DNA of 64,000 nucleotides from an uncultured candidate division Zixibacteria bacterium (GTDB lineage: Bacteria > Zixibacteria > MSB-5A5 > GN15 > FEB-12): positions 928,001 through 992,000 of the forward strand of contig OY760907.1 of the NCBI GenBank assembly GCA_963664195.1, given 5' to 3'. A program made the translations under genes and the position numbers. Positions within the stretch are counted from its first letter, which is position 1. Each line of letters opens with the position of its first letter. Shown here piece after piece: positions 19,309 to 30,124 of the stretch. The notes beneath the pieces are model-generated. The model ran no database searches and was not told where the DNA came from. It worked only from the letters and a program-made list of their open reading frames with translations.

Positions 19309-19767
19309 CTACGCGTCGCCGGATTTGTCGCGACGGTGCAGCATGTCCATATACATATTGAGATAGCGGTTCTCTATCTCCGTATTATTGGTCTGGCTGC
19401 GGATAATATCCCTCAGAGAGACCAGACCGACTACTTCCTCGGCCTCGACAATCGGCACATGGCGAATCCAGTTCTTGTCCATGATACCCGCAATATACGA
19501 GATGTCATCATCCGGGAGACCAATAATCAGCTCGGTCGTCATCACATCCTTCACCTTCAGACTGTGATAGTCGCCGCCGGTCTTGTGGATCTTCTTGAAA
19601 ATGTCTTTGTCACTGACGATTCCCGCCAACTGGCCGTCGTCGTCAATAACCGGGAGACATCCAATGTTGTTCTGGATGAGAAGATCCATGGCCTGATCGA
19701 CAGTCGTCGACGGTTTGGCAGATATGATCTCTCTCGGTTTGTTTTCGAGTAAAGTCTTTACGAGCAT
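19309..19767 (-). CDS. CBS domain pair protein
   Basis: IGCLPVIDDDGQLAGIVSDKD, VKDVMT and IRHVPIV...VGLVSLRD. Confidence 0.9.
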   Translation of the reverse strand: MLVKTLLENKPREIISAKPSTTVDQAMDLLIQNNIGCLPVIDDDGQLAGIVSDKDIFKKIHKTGGDYHSLKVKDVMTTELIIGLPDDDISYIAGIMDKNWIRHVPIVEAEEVVGLVSLRDIIRSQTNNTEIENRYLNMYMDMLHRRDKSGDA

Positions 19768-20039
19768 ACTCCACCCTTTCTATTCAAAATGTAAGATATT
19801 TCAGAAGATGCCTCTATTTGTAATATAGAGACTCCACTGTGCGGGGACAAGTAAAAACCGGCGAACCAAAACCGGCGAACGACGGTTGTAATCCCCTCAA
19901 AATCGCCCTGCATACTCTTTGTACGGTAAGACAGGCCCCGAGTTCGCTGCTTCCACAACAGGACACGTGGTCGGCCTGCTGAAAAACCGTGACATTTGTC
20001 GCCACATTCCGGATACTGACAGAATACCGGAGTTAATAT

Positions 20040-20945
20040 ATGGTAACGTTTCCGATAAGCGGCGTTGAAACATACTGGTGGCTGCCCGTGCTGGTAGCGT
20101 TTGTAGTATCCCTGGTTACCTCGACCGGGGGCGTTTCCGGCGCGTTCATCCTGTTGCCGTATCAGGTGAGCATTCTCGGATTCACCGGTCCCGCAGTGAG
20201 TCCCACGAATCTGATTTTCAATATCGTTGCTATTCCCAGCGGTGTGTGGCGCTACTGGCGCGAGGGGCGAATCGTCTGGCCGCTGGCCTGGCTGATAGTG
20301 ATAGGCACGCTTCCGGGGATATTCCTGGGCGCGATGATTCGCATCAGATTCCTTCCCGATCCTCGCTCGTTCAAGCTGTTTGCGGCGTGTGTTCTGATCT
20401 ATATCGCCGTCAGAATGATCCATGCGGTGTTTGCACACAGCAGCTCGCAATCCAATAACGAGCAGCAAACCTCTAACCGGTTCACAGTCAGCAAGGCCTC
20501 GTTCAATTGGCGGGCATTGATATATGATTTTGACGGTCAATCGTACAGCATCTCCACTTTGCGGATTGTGATCTTGTGTGTGATCGTAGGCGTTGTGGGC
20601 GGAACGTACGGCATAGGAGGCGGAGCGATCATCGCACCGTTCCTCATTTCCATGTTCCGCCTGCCGGTGCATTCGATCGCCGGGGCAACATTGTTCGGGA
20701 CGTTTGCGACGTCGGTGGCCGGAGTCGCCTTCTACTGGATGCTCGGAGGGTACTACTCTGGCAGCGAGATCGAGATAGTCCCCGACTGGCAACTCGGCCT
20801 GTTGTTTGGGGTGGGCGGCGCACTCGGTATGTACGTCGGGGCACGCATCCAGCGGTTCGCACCGGCCAGAGCGATCAAGATATTGTTGGCAGGATGCCTG
20901 CTGTTTATCGCGGGTGGCTATGTGATTGGATTTTTCCGGGGATAA
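20040..20945 (+). CDS. Sulfite exporter TauE/SafE family membrane protein
   Basis: TGGVSGAFILLP and GGTYGIGGGAIIAP motifs; multi-TM. Confidence 0.85.
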   Translation: MVTFPISGVETYWWLPVLVAFVVSLVTSTGGVSGAFILLPYQVSILGFTGPAVSPTNLIFNIVAIPSGVWRYWREGRIVWPLAWLIVIGTLPGIFLGAMIRIRFLPDPRSFKLFAACVLIYIAVRMIHAVFAHSSSQSNNEQQTSNRFTVSKASFNWRALIYDFDGQSYSISTLRIVILCVIVGVVGGTYGIGGGAIIAPFLISMFRLPVHSIAGATLFGTFATSVAGVAFYWMLGGYYSGSEIEIVPDWQLGLLFGVGGALGMYVGARIQRFAPARAIKILLAGCLLFIAGGYVIGFFRG

Positions 20946-21066
20946 GGAAAACCACCAGGGTCAGCCCCTGGAACCCTGACGGTCACGGATGACCCACATA
21001 ACCGGGGCAAACGACAAGACGGCAGGCTGGGGCAGACTATCATCTGCCGCCCACAGAGTCACGAGA

Positions 21067-21633
21067 CTAGTCTTCGGTAACTTCAGAGAACTGAATCTCA
21101 TCACCCTCAAGCGCCGCCCAGAACATACGCACCTGTACTCCGGCGAAGTCTCTCAGAATCAGAGTCGCTGCCGTTTTCAAATCCAGCTTGCCCTTGATCG
21201 GCAACTGAATTGTGGGATGGTATCCCTTCATCTTGCTGTACCAGGTGCAGTCATCGTGATTGATCACAATCACCTGCCGGATACTTCCCTCTTTGAGGAA
21301 GAACTTAATCTGCTCCCAGAGGATTTTGAAATTCTTCGGCAAAAACGACTGCATCCCGAATGCATGAATGCCGCCGCCGACTATCACCGGCGTGTAGTTG
21401 CGAACACCCAGCTCATTGGTAACAAAACTGCGAAAGGCGGTTTGGAATCTCGGATCACCGCAGTGAATCACCAGCGCCTCCGGCTCCTGCTTGTCGATCC
21501 GGTATCGGCCCGCACGCGGGTTCGTCGCAGGCACACTATACCCACTGATTGGCGCTTCACCTGTTCCCGACCCGTGGCCTGCCCGAGGGGTTTCCCCCTC
21601 AAGCAGCTTGATGTTCGTATCATGATCGGCCAT
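21067..21633 (-). CDS. Putative beta-class carbonic anhydrase-like protein
   Basis: CxDxR (HCGDPRF), GG and HxxC (NHDDC) zinc-ligand pattern. Confidence 0.65.
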   Translation of the reverse strand: MADHDTNIKLLEGETPRAGHGSGTGEAPISGYSVPATNPRAGRYRIDKQEPEALVIHCGDPRFQTAFRSFVTNELGVRNYTPVIVGGGIHAFGMQSFLPKNFKILWEQIKFFLKEGSIRQVIVINHDDCTWYSKMKGYHPTIQLPIKGKLDLKTAATLILRDFAGVQVRMFWAALEGDEIQFSEVTED

Positions 21634-21637
21634 GACG

Positions 21638-23239
21638 TTATTCCTCTGTTGTGGTTGTCGGCTCGGTTTCGACCTTAATGCCGACCTTGTTCAGAAGATC
21701 GCCGACATCAATACCGGCCGCCTTGGCCTGTTCCATCAATCCGAAGAGCATCATCGGGCCGGTTTTGGTGAAGCGGTTCAGCGCAGAGCTTCCGTCGCCG
21801 CTGCCGTTGCCGCCCGAGTCGACCACAACGAGTTTGTCGATATTGCCCATCGGCGCGGCAATCGCGCCAAAGACAGACGCGAGTGACTCAACCGCCGGCG
21901 GTACGGACTTGACGAGTTCGAGAATAAGTGCCTTATCGTTGAAATTGCTGTACGCGTCGGCGATTTTCAACAAAGCCTCAGCTCGTGCCAGACCCTGCTG
22001 ACGGATAACCTCTGCCTCGGAAAGACCCTGCTGGCGTATGACTGTTGCCTCCGCAAGACCAGTCGCCTCACGTGCGGCCGCCTGACCGGCACCCTCCGCC
22101 TCGCGTTTGTGCTGTTCGGCGTCGGCGCGAGCAATCGTGGCGAACTTGTCACCCTCTGCACGGGCAGTCTGGGCGCTCTTGTACCCCTCGGCTTCCCTGA
22201 CCTGGGCATCGGCCTTGGCCTTGGCGGGAACGACCACTGCCGCTTCCTGAGATTTTCTCTCGCGGAGAATGTTCTGTTCTTCCACAGAAATCTGAGCCCG
22301 GGAACGTTCCTCTTCGATTTTCACCTCGGCCACGACCACTTTCTGTCGCTCGGTTGCGGATGCAAGCGGACCGGCCTGTTCGGTCTTGGCCGACTCGCGA
22401 GAGACTTCGGCGTTGTATATCTGCTTGGCGACATCGGCGTTCTTTGTAGCCTCAGCCTTGAGCTTTTCATTGCTCTGCGCGACAACCTCGGCATCTCGAT
22501 CAGCATCGGTCGCTTTCTTCTTGGCTTCAGCCTGGGCTTCCGCCTCACCGATGGCGGCGTCGCGTTTTACCTCGGCAGTTCGTCGCTTACCGAGTGCCTG
22601 GATATATCCCTGATCATCGGTAATCGACTGCGGGTTGAAGACGTCAATCTGCATCCCGAGACGGGAGAGATCTTCGGCAGCTTCGTGAAGCACCTGCTGA
22701 CGGAAAGCATCGCGATCCTTGATGAGCTGATCGACGGTAAGCGTGCCGACCACACCCCGGAGGTTGGCTTCAAGCGTCTCGCGAGCAATCGCCTGCACCT
22801 GATCCGGGCGCAAGCCCAGAAAGCGCGAACCTGCCGCAAGCAGCGACTGACCGTCGTCTTTGAATCGGATGTTGGCAACGGCGTCCACTGTGACAAGCAC
22901 ACCATCGGCGTTCGGCATATTTTCGACACGAATCTGCGGCAGCGAGATTTCCGTAAGATCCAGAAACTGGACCTCTTCGATAACCGGCTTGCGGATACGA
23001 CCGCCACCGGTGACCACCACGGTTCCGGGCGGGAGTATCGTTACCGTCGGAGACCCGGGTTCCGCCTGAACCAGCTTCACCGTCTTCTTCTTGCCGCTGC
23101 GAGCACCGTAGAAAAATGCCGCTTTGTTCGGTGGCACGCGAATGTAGAATGCGGCCAGTGCTCGGACGAGCACAAAAAACGCCACCACGATAGCGATGCC
23201 TATGATAGGCCAGGTTAGATATTGTAGAGCATTTGCCAT
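21638..23239 (-). CDS. Flotillin / SPFH domain protein
   Basis: N-terminal TM, SPFH region (ETLEANLRGVVGTLTV) and AEA-rich coiled coil. SD GAGGAGG before ATG 23239. Confidence 0.9.
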   Translation of the reverse strand: MANALQYLTWPIIGIAIVVAFFVLVRALAAFYIRVPPNKAAFFYGARSGKKKTVKLVQAEPGSPTVTILPPGTVVVTGGGRIRKPVIEEVQFLDLTEISLPQIRVENMPNADGVLVTVDAVANIRFKDDGQSLLAAGSRFLGLRPDQVQAIARETLEANLRGVVGTLTVDQLIKDRDAFRQQVLHEAAEDLSRLGMQIDVFNPQSITDDQGYIQALGKRRTAEVKRDAAIGEAEAQAEAKKKATDADRDAEVVAQSNEKLKAEATKNADVAKQIYNAEVSRESAKTEQAGPLASATERQKVVVAEVKIEEERSRAQISVEEQNILRERKSQEAAVVVPAKAKADAQVREAEGYKSAQTARAEGDKFATIARADAEQHKREAEGAGQAAAREATGLAEATVIRQQGLSEAEVIRQQGLARAEALLKIADAYSNFNDKALILELVKSVPPAVESLASVFGAIAAPMGNIDKLVVVDSGGNGSGDGSSALNRFTKTGPMMLFGLMEQAKAAGIDVGDLLNKVGIKVETEPTTTTEE

Positions 23240-23288
23240 TATTGTAACCCTCCTCGGATATAGATAGTAAACTGACTGGTATACAGTG

Positions 23289-23813
23289 TCAATTCGTCGG
23301 TTCAACCGTTACCGTGTCGCCGGTCTTGTTGACTATGCGCACGGGGATATCGCGGCTGACCGACTTGCCGTCCGCCGTACGCGCCCTGTACGTCACTTCA
23401 CGACCGCGCAAAATGCAGGCCACCTGGCCCAAACCGTTCTCCGGTATGGCGTCGATCAAGTTGGCCGTGGCTCCGATAATGTCGTTGTCGGTGATCGTCG
23501 AGTTGTACTGGCTGGCATAAAACACCTTGAGAATCAGATACCCCACGATACCGACCACAAGCGCTCCGCCGATTCCGGCCAGCGATGACTGAAGCATCGA
23601 CGCCTCGGTCGTGGCGCGCATACCAAAACCGACCGACCCAAACCCGACCGCCAGCATCGAGACCATCTTCAGGCTGAAGATACTCGGACCGGATGACCCG
23701 TCGATATCGTCGATCGCGTCAACATCCGCGTCGGCATCGGCGTCGCCGCCAAAAATCAGATTAAAAAGCAGGATGACAAAGCCCACCCCAAAAATGCTTG
23801 CGAAGATCCACAT
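23289..23813 (-). CDS. NfeD-like membrane protein (C-terminal OB fold), flotillin partner
   Basis: TM helices, an acidic DADAD loop and C-terminal IIGATA...IPENGLGQV...YRART. Directly upstream of the SPFH gene. Confidence 0.75.
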   Translation of the reverse strand: MWIFASIFGVGFVILLFNLIFGGDADADADVDAIDDIDGSSGPSIFSLKMVSMLAVGFGSVGFGMRATTEASMLQSSLAGIGGALVVGIVGYLILKVFYASQYNSTITDNDIIGATANLIDAIPENGLGQVACILRGREVTYRARTADGKSVSRDIPVRIVNKTGDTVTVEPTN

Positions 23814-24071
23814 AGGTTATCTCCCTTCACCACGCAACTTGTGCCGTCCAATAGCAAGTACCCACCAAGCGTCGACATATTCGATCATTCTCGGTCGATT
23901 TTCTGCGTTTCTATGAGTCCCGCGATCACAGCAACTCGTACTGACTTCGTAGACCTGTAGGGCCGCAATGTCGTGCCCCGGCTGTAATCTACGATTATAT
24001 AGCAGGAAGCGGCGCCCGCTGTCAAGATAACAGCAGACGCCGCTTGCGAATTGTGAAGTCTAGGTTTGACT

Positions 24072-27000
24072 CTATTCAGTCGACAGGTCGGCGGCAAACC
24101 ATTTGTATATCGCCGGTATTACCAGCAGGGTCAAGATGGTTGAGGTCACCAATCCCCCGACCACGACTGTCGCCAGCGGACGCTGGACGTCGCTGCCGAT
24201 TCCAAGCGAGAACAGTAGTGGGATCAGGCCCAGAGCGGTGGTCAGGGCGGTCATAAGCACCGGTCTCAGGCGCATTGCCGCACCACGGATAGAGGCCTCG
24301 TCGACAGTCAACCCTCTGTGCATGAGCTGGTTGATGTAGGTCACCAGCACCATGCCGTTCTCCAACGCAATGCCAAACAGGGCTATGAATCCGACCGAGG
24401 CCGGTACCGACAGATTCTGTCCGGTTATCCAGAGAGCAACCACACCGCCTACCAGCGCCAGCGGGATGTTCAGCAGAATCAGCAGCGAGTTCTTCAACGA
24501 TTCAAAACTCAAGTACAGCAACAGAAAAACAAGCAACAGCGTAATCGGTACCACGACCGTCATGCGACGGTTGGCTTCCTGCTGAAGCTGGAACTGGCCG
24601 CCCCAGGCCACAAAATACCCGGCAGGCATATCGACGGACACATCGACCACACGACGGGCTTCCTCGACGAAAGAACCGATATCGCGATCCGCCACGTTGC
24701 ACTGAATCGTTACAAAGCGCTGGTTTTGCTCGCGGGTGATCTGACGCGGACCGACGATTTCCTCTATTGTCGCCAGTTCCTTGAGAGGCACCCGCGCACC
24801 CGACGGCGATTGAACAAGGATATTGCCGATTGCCTCGGGTGTGTTGCGATAGGCCTCAGCATAGCGGACCTGGATGTCGTATCGGCGAACCCCCTCGAAC
24901 ATCTGCCCGGCCGATTGTCCGCCCACCGCGGCACCGATGACCGATTGGACATCTTCCATATTGATCCCGTAACGAGCAATCATCTGGCGATCGATCTTGA
25001 TCAACAATTGTGGACTGCCTGTTACCTGGTCAGCCTGAACATCGACCGCTCCCCTGACACCCCTAATGGCCGCGACCACCTCATCGGCCGTAGCCTCGAG
25101 TTGATCGAGATCCTCACCGAACAGTTTGATAGCCAACTCGGCTCGAACCCCGTGCAGGAGTTCATCAACCGTCATTTTTATCGGCTGCGTGAAGTTGGTG
25201 AGTACGCCGGGCACGTCACCGAGTTGCTCACGGATGTAGTTGGTCAGCTCCTCCTGGGAGTTGGCGTGTGTCCATTCATCGCGCGGTTTGAGCGATATAA
25301 ACGTCTCGACGCTGTTCACCGGGTGCGAGTGCGCTCCGACCTCTCCCCTTCCAATACGTGACACCACCTGTGTAATCTCATCGATCCCGATCAAGCGTCG
25401 TTCCACGATCATCGTCATGCGCTTGCTTTCCTCGATAGATATCGAGGGAGCCATTGCGAGACGGAGCGCGATCATTCCCTCTTGGAGAGTGGGGGTGAAT
25501 TCAGAACCCAGTCTCGGGTAGACCGCCGCCCCGGCCACAAGAAGAACAGTAGCGAGGATCAGCGCAGCCAGGCGACGAGAAACAAAAAACTGCACGAGGG
25601 GGCGGTACGGCTTGAGCAGCAGCCTTGTGATGCCGCTTTCAGATGCCCGTGCCTTCGTTTTCTTCTTGCCGCGCCTCATAAGGTACGAAGACAACACCGG
25701 TGCAACAAATACGGCATAGACCAGTGATCCCAACATAGCCAGCGAGACCGTGTAGGCCAGCGGGCGGAAGGTCTTTCCTTCGACACCCTGCAATGTGAAA
25801 AGCGGTAGGAAAACAATAATGATAATCGAAATCGCAAACAGAATCGGTCGACCGACCTCCGAGCAGGCTTGCTCCACGATACGGAGACGAGATTCCGACT
25901 GTTCGGCTCGTCGCAGCTTCCGGTCGACGTTCTCGACAATCACAATCGTGCCATCGACAAGCATGCCAATCGCAATTGCCAGCCCTCCTAACGACATCAG
26001 GTTGGCAGAGATGTCAAACTGCCGCATCCAGATTGAGGCAAACAGGATCGAGAACGGAATGGATATCGCCACGACAAGACTCGGACGAAATCCGCCCAGG
26101 AACAAAACGATAATGACCACGACCAGGATGATACCCTGTATGAGCGCCGTGCGAACCGTGTCGACGCAGGCTTCAACCAGCGACTTCTGCTCATAGTAGG
26201 GAACGATCTGGACGCCCTCGGGCATGATCTTGTTGATCTCGGCCAGTTTCTCCTCGACCTGTCCGATGACCGTCGAGGAGTTAGTGCCAAGCAGTTTTAC
26301 GACCATGCCCGCGACAACTTCCTCTACACCGTCACGGGTTTGTAATCCTCGGCGAATCGCCCCGCCGACTTCCACGTCGGCAAGCTGCTTGAGGAAAACC
26401 GGCGTACCGTCTTCTGCCTTGATAACGACATTCTCAATGTCGTCGATAGTCGAGGCAAGTCCGACCGAGCGGACCACCAGTTCCTCGGAATTGCGCGTGA
26501 TAAACTGCGCGCCGACATTGAGATTGTTGGCTTTGATCTTCTCAATAACTTCGGCGAGTGAAACATCGTACTGCAACAGGTTGTCCGGCAGCACCACGAC
26601 ATCGTATTGCTTTTCGAACCCACCCACACCGAGAACTTCGGTTACGCCCGGGACGCTTTGCAGGTGGAATTTCACGATCCAATCCTGGATAGCGCGCAAC
26701 TCCGCAAGGCTCCTTGTTCCGGTCTCGTCCTCCAGATAGTAGAACATGACCAGCCCCATTCCGGTAGTTATCGGCCCCATCATCGGTTCGCCAAATCCTT
26801 CGGGGATTTCCTCGCGGGCTTCCCGGAGACGTTCGTCTACAAGACGACGCGCAAAGTAGATGTCCATGTCGTCCTCGAAATAGAGGCTGAGCACAGACAA
26901 ACCAAAATTGGACACGGATCGGATTTTGGTGATCCCCGGCAGACCGTTCATCGCCGACTCAATGGGATACGTCACGTACTTCTCAATCTCTTCCGGCGCG

Positions 27001-27167
27001 AGCCCCTCGGTCACGGTATACACTTGCACGAGGTTGGGCGACACGTCGGGGAAGGCATCCACCGGGAGATTGGTATAGCTGTAATATCCGCCCGCCAGAA
27101 CCATCACGCCGATCACAAGGATCAGTAGTCGGTTCTTCAGCGCGAATTTCATGCTGTCTTCTAACAT
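24072..27167 (-). CDS. czcA: Heavy-metal efflux RND permease (CusA/CzcA family)
   Basis: LPVDAFPDVS, EIEKYVTYPIE, ANLMSLGG, VDGTIVIVEN and RLRPVLMTA. Confidence 0.9.
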   Translation of the reverse strand: MLEDSMKFALKNRLLILVIGVMVLAGGYYSYTNLPVDAFPDVSPNLVQVYTVTEGLAPEEIEKYVTYPIESAMNGLPGITKIRSVSNFGLSVLSLYFEDDMDIYFARRLVDERLREAREEIPEGFGEPMMGPITTGMGLVMFYYLEDETGTRSLAELRAIQDWIVKFHLQSVPGVTEVLGVGGFEKQYDVVVLPDNLLQYDVSLAEVIEKIKANNLNVGAQFITRNSEELVVRSVGLASTIDDIENVVIKAEDGTPVFLKQLADVEVGGAIRRGLQTRDGVEEVVAGMVVKLLGTNSSTVIGQVEEKLAEINKIMPEGVQIVPYYEQKSLVEACVDTVRTALIQGIILVVVIIVLFLGGFRPSLVVAISIPFSILFASIWMRQFDISANLMSLGGLAIAIGMLVDGTIVIVENVDRKLRRAEQSESRLRIVEQACSEVGRPILFAISIIIIVFLPLFTLQGVEGKTFRPLAYTVSLAMLGSLVYAVFVAPVLSSYLMRRGKKKTKARASESGITRLLLKPYRPLVQFFVSRRLAALILATVLLVAGAAVYPRLGSEFTPTLQEGMIALRLAMAPSISIEESKRMTMIVERRLIGIDEITQVVSRIGRGEVGAHSHPVNSVETFISLKPRDEWTHANSQEELTNYIREQLGDVPGVLTNFTQPIKMTVDELLHGVRAELAIKLFGEDLDQLEATADEVVAAIRGVRGAVDVQADQVTGSPQLLIKIDRQMIARYGINMEDVQSVIGAAVGGQSAGQMFEGVRRYDIQVRYAEAYRNTPEAIGNILVQSPSGARVPLKELATIEEIVGPRQITREQNQRFVTIQCNVADRDIGSFVEEARRVVDVSVDMPAGYFVAWGGQFQLQQEANRRMTVVVPITLLLVFLLLYLSFESLKNSLLILLNIPLALVGGVVALWITGQNLSVPASVGFIALFGIALENGMVLVTYINQLMHRGLTVDEASIRGAAMRLRPVLMTALTTALGLIPLLFSLGIGSDVQRPLATVVVGGLVTSTILTLLVIPAIYKWFAADLSTE

Positions 27168-27184
27168 ACTATTCGATCCCCGAC

Positions 27185-28219
27185 TCAATGGTTATGGCCG
27201 TCGTCAAAGCCGCTCTTGAGAAGCTGCGCTTTAAGCACAAAACCGCCTTTGCTCACATATTCCTCGCCTGGCTGCAAACCGGAAAGGACCTCTGCCCTAT
27301 CAGTGTTGTGCCTGCCAAGCTTGACATCGCGGGCTTCGAAACCGTGGTCGTCGCGAACGAATACAATCTGCTCGTTGTGGAGGATCTGAATGGCCTCAAG
27401 CGGGATTGCCAGCTCAACGCTGTCTTCCTGCACGGCGATACGACCGGTCACGAACTGTCCGGGACGCCATTTGCCGTTCCTGTTGGAGATCACCACTCGT
27501 GCCGTTGCGGTGCGCGTGTGTTCATCGACGATCGGCGAGACATAAGAAATCGTGCCCTCGCACATGCCCTCCCTTTCGCCGCAGGTAACGATCACCGGCT
27601 GACCTGCGCGCACATCGGCAAGGTGCATCTGGTTGATGTTTAGATTCACCCACACGGAATCGAGATCCGCAATCACAAAGGCCGGCTCCTGCGCATCGGA
27701 GCGCACTTCGCCCATAGTCAAGTGTTTGTCGATAATAGTCCCGCTGATCAGAGATTTGATCTCGTAGGAGGTGAGAGACTCGTTACTCTCTATGACAGCG
27801 AGAACATCGCCGATTTCCACGTGATCTCCGACCGCCCTACGGACGCTCTTGACAACGCCCGGAAAACGCGGGACGATATGTGCGATGCGATCACCGTGGA
27901 CAGCAACCTCACCGGGAACGGTGATCTCGGTGTTCAGGCTGCCGGGACCGGCACGGTCAACTAACACCCCGAATTCGGCAATCTCTGCTTCGGTAAGCTC
28001 AACCGCCCCGTGCCCCTCGTGTTCGTCACCGGAAGTAGCCGCATGGTTATGTCCTTCGTGATTATCTTCCTGAGTCGCAGATGCCGCCTGATGGCTTTCT
28101 CCGCTCCGATGACCATGTCCTTCGTGAGCATCGTCTTCAGATGCAATCGCCGAGATAAGAACAAACGGCAAAGCCACCAGGGTCAGCGTCAACATATATA
28201 GTAGACAGTTTTTCTGCAT
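27185..28219 (-). CDS. czcB: RND membrane fusion protein (CzcB-like) with His-rich N-terminus
   Basis: HEGHGH/HEGHNH/HEGH repeats; IADLDSVWV and VDEHTRTATARV. Confidence 0.85.
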   Translation of the reverse strand: MQKNCLLYMLTLTLVALPFVLISAIASEDDAHEGHGHRSGESHQAASATQEDNHEGHNHAATSGDEHEGHGAVELTEAEIAEFGVLVDRAGPGSLNTEITVPGEVAVHGDRIAHIVPRFPGVVKSVRRAVGDHVEIGDVLAVIESNESLTSYEIKSLISGTIIDKHLTMGEVRSDAQEPAFVIADLDSVWVNLNINQMHLADVRAGQPVIVTCGEREGMCEGTISYVSPIVDEHTRTATARVVISNRNGKWRPGQFVTGRIAVQEDSVELAIPLEAIQILHNEQIVFVRDDHGFEARDVKLGRHNTDRAEVLSGLQPGEEYVSKGGFVLKAQLLKSGFDDGHNH

Positions 28220-28221
28220 CG

Positions 28222-29553
28222 TTACGGTTCCTGTGAAATGGATTCTTTGTCAAACGTGATGCCCATCGTTGTTTCAAGCGTCATGATCTCCTCTGCAATC
28301 TCAAGCTCGAGATCGTTGAGTTCCGATCGAATATCTATCAACCTGTGTTGAGCTTCGAGAAAGTCTGCGTACGGAAGACGACCGGCCTCATAGGCAGATC
28401 TCAGCGTCTCGAACGTAGATTCTGCTTTCGGCAACACGCGGTTGTCAATGGCGTCGCGTCGCCTCATCAGTTGGGCTGCCCGACCATGCATCGCGGCAAG
28501 CTCGGTACGGACATCAACCTCGGCCTGTTGCCGCTCGTAATCCAAGGCCAGAGATTTCGCTTCGAACGCGGCCATACCACCCTGATTGCTATTGAACAAC
28601 GGCAGCGGCATCGACAGCCCGAACCGGAACGTATTGGTATTCTCCGCCTCGTTCCGTTTGAAACCACCTGCGAAGGTCAGGTTCGGTCTCGATTCCGACC
28701 TGGCTTCCCGTAGACCGGCTTTGATTTCCGCAGACGTGTGATCAAGATCAACCAATGGCCGACAACCTCCTGCGGCGATCATAAGAGCATCCAATGCCGG
28801 GATGCTGTTGTGGAATCCCCCTTGCACCACCAGTCCCTCACCATCGTCATTCCAGAGAGCGGCGAGCTGTCTGCGGGCATTCTCAAGTTCGGCCAGAGCC
28901 GACTCCAGATCCAGGGCAGACTGCTCCGCTTCGAGTTCAGCCAGCAGTAATTCCGAGGTCATGGTAGCTCCCTTCTCCACGCGCCGCTCAATCGTCTCCA
29001 CGATCTCCAGCGCGAGACTACCCGACTGTCGTGTCAGGGCTGCGTTCCGCTGGGCATGCAGGAGAGCATGAAATCGATAGTGCGCTGCGGCATACAGATC
29101 AAATCGCTCGACACTGGTTTCCCAAATGCGACGCTCAAGAGCCTTCCCGGCGACGTTCTTGCGAGCGCCTCGCTTCCCCCACAGATCGAACTCCTGCGAG
29201 AGCGAAAAGACAAATTCGGCGTTACTGAATCCCGGGTTGTCGCCACCGACGTTTTCGGCCTCGATTTCAAACTCAGGGTTGGGTCTTGTGCCGACCTGGT
29301 CGACCAAAGACTCGGCCGCCCGGCGGCGCTCGGTCCCGGCAAGCAGCCTGCGATTGTTCTGTGCCACAAGGCCCAGCACCGCTTCCAATGTCAGCGCCTC
29401 ACCCTCCGTAGCCTCGGGTTCGGGGGCTACGGTAAGCGGGTCGCTCCATTGCCTGTTCATGTCCTGTCCGGTCACCGGGCACCATACTGCCAACACGAGC
29501 AGCAGGCAGATTATTCCCGTGGCCGGGTGCAGGTCTCTTCCAGTCATATACAT
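28222..29553 (-). CDS. czcC: TolC/CzcC family outer-membrane efflux protein
   Basis: Signal peptide, RPNPEF and GLSMPLPLFNSNQG; sits in an operon with the MFP and RND genes. Confidence 0.85.
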   Translation of the reverse strand: MYMTGRDLHPATGIICLLLVLAVWCPVTGQDMNRQWSDPLTVAPEPEATEGEALTLEAVLGLVAQNNRRLLAGTERRRAAESLVDQVGTRPNPEFEIEAENVGGDNPGFSNAEFVFSLSQEFDLWGKRGARKNVAGKALERRIWETSVERFDLYAAAHYRFHALLHAQRNAALTRQSGSLALEIVETIERRVEKGATMTSELLLAELEAEQSALDLESALAELENARRQLAALWNDDGEGLVVQGGFHNSIPALDALMIAAGGCRPLVDLDHTSAEIKAGLREARSESRPNLTFAGGFKRNEAENTNTFRFGLSMPLPLFNSNQGGMAAFEAKSLALDYERQQAEVDVRTELAAMHGRAAQLMRRRDAIDNRVLPKAESTFETLRSAYEAGRLPYADFLEAQHRLIDIRSELNDLELEIAEEIMTLETTMGITFDKESISQEP

Positions 29554-29698
29554 ATCCTTGCCTCAAGGGCAGATTATCAGTCATCGTAAACAGTCGAAGA
29601 TTGGCATACGCCCAGCTTCGACATCGTCTTATTGAGATTGAAAACAGATACGCCGCGTTGCCACGATCAATATGGCAAGGGCAATTGAAGATCAGAGA

Positions 29699-30124
29699 TC
29701 AGCAGAGCAAGACAGTTGGTGCCAACGGAAAAGTCAGCACCTGATTCGGTGGTTCCGTCGAGATCGCCTGCCAGCCATCGGGGATGGAAGCAGTCAAGTC
29801 AACAAGTCCAGCCGTTCGCAATACGCCGGCATGGTAATGATCAAATCCGGTCGCCTGAGTACGACGGTGTCTGAGGCATTCATCCGGCAGATCGACATCG
29901 TTGCAGGCACCACAACAGTCGACGTTTTCAGCCAGCCCAGCGTTCCCGGTGCAGGCGAACTCTTCATGATGATCGTGAGAGGCAGCTCGAGGGAGGCTAT
30001 CGACGACAACATGGCCGCGCTCGCCGAAACAGACAAAAAACACCTGTGGCTGGACAGCCGAGATTGTGACTGCGATCAGCAATGGCAGACATAGAAACAG
30101 GCGGCTGGCAAAAGAATACTTCAT
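29699..30124 (-). CDS. Cys/His-rich exported hypothetical protein upstream of czcCBA
   Basis: Hydrophobic N-terminus; CFGERGH, HDHH and CCGAC.D. Confidence 0.6.
   Translation of the reverse strand: MKYSFASRLFLCLPLLIAVTISAVQPQVFFVCFGERGHVVVDSLPRAASHDHHEEFACTGNAGLAENVDCCGACNDVDLPDECLRHRRTQATGFDHYHAGVLRTAGLVDLTASIPDGWQAISTEPPNQVLTFPLAPTVLLC

Noticed and set aside
22109..23218. Long antisense ORFs here and over czcA, rlmL, alaS and the GH13 gene
   Set aside because: Expected shadows of GC-rich coding strands, with no independent motifs.
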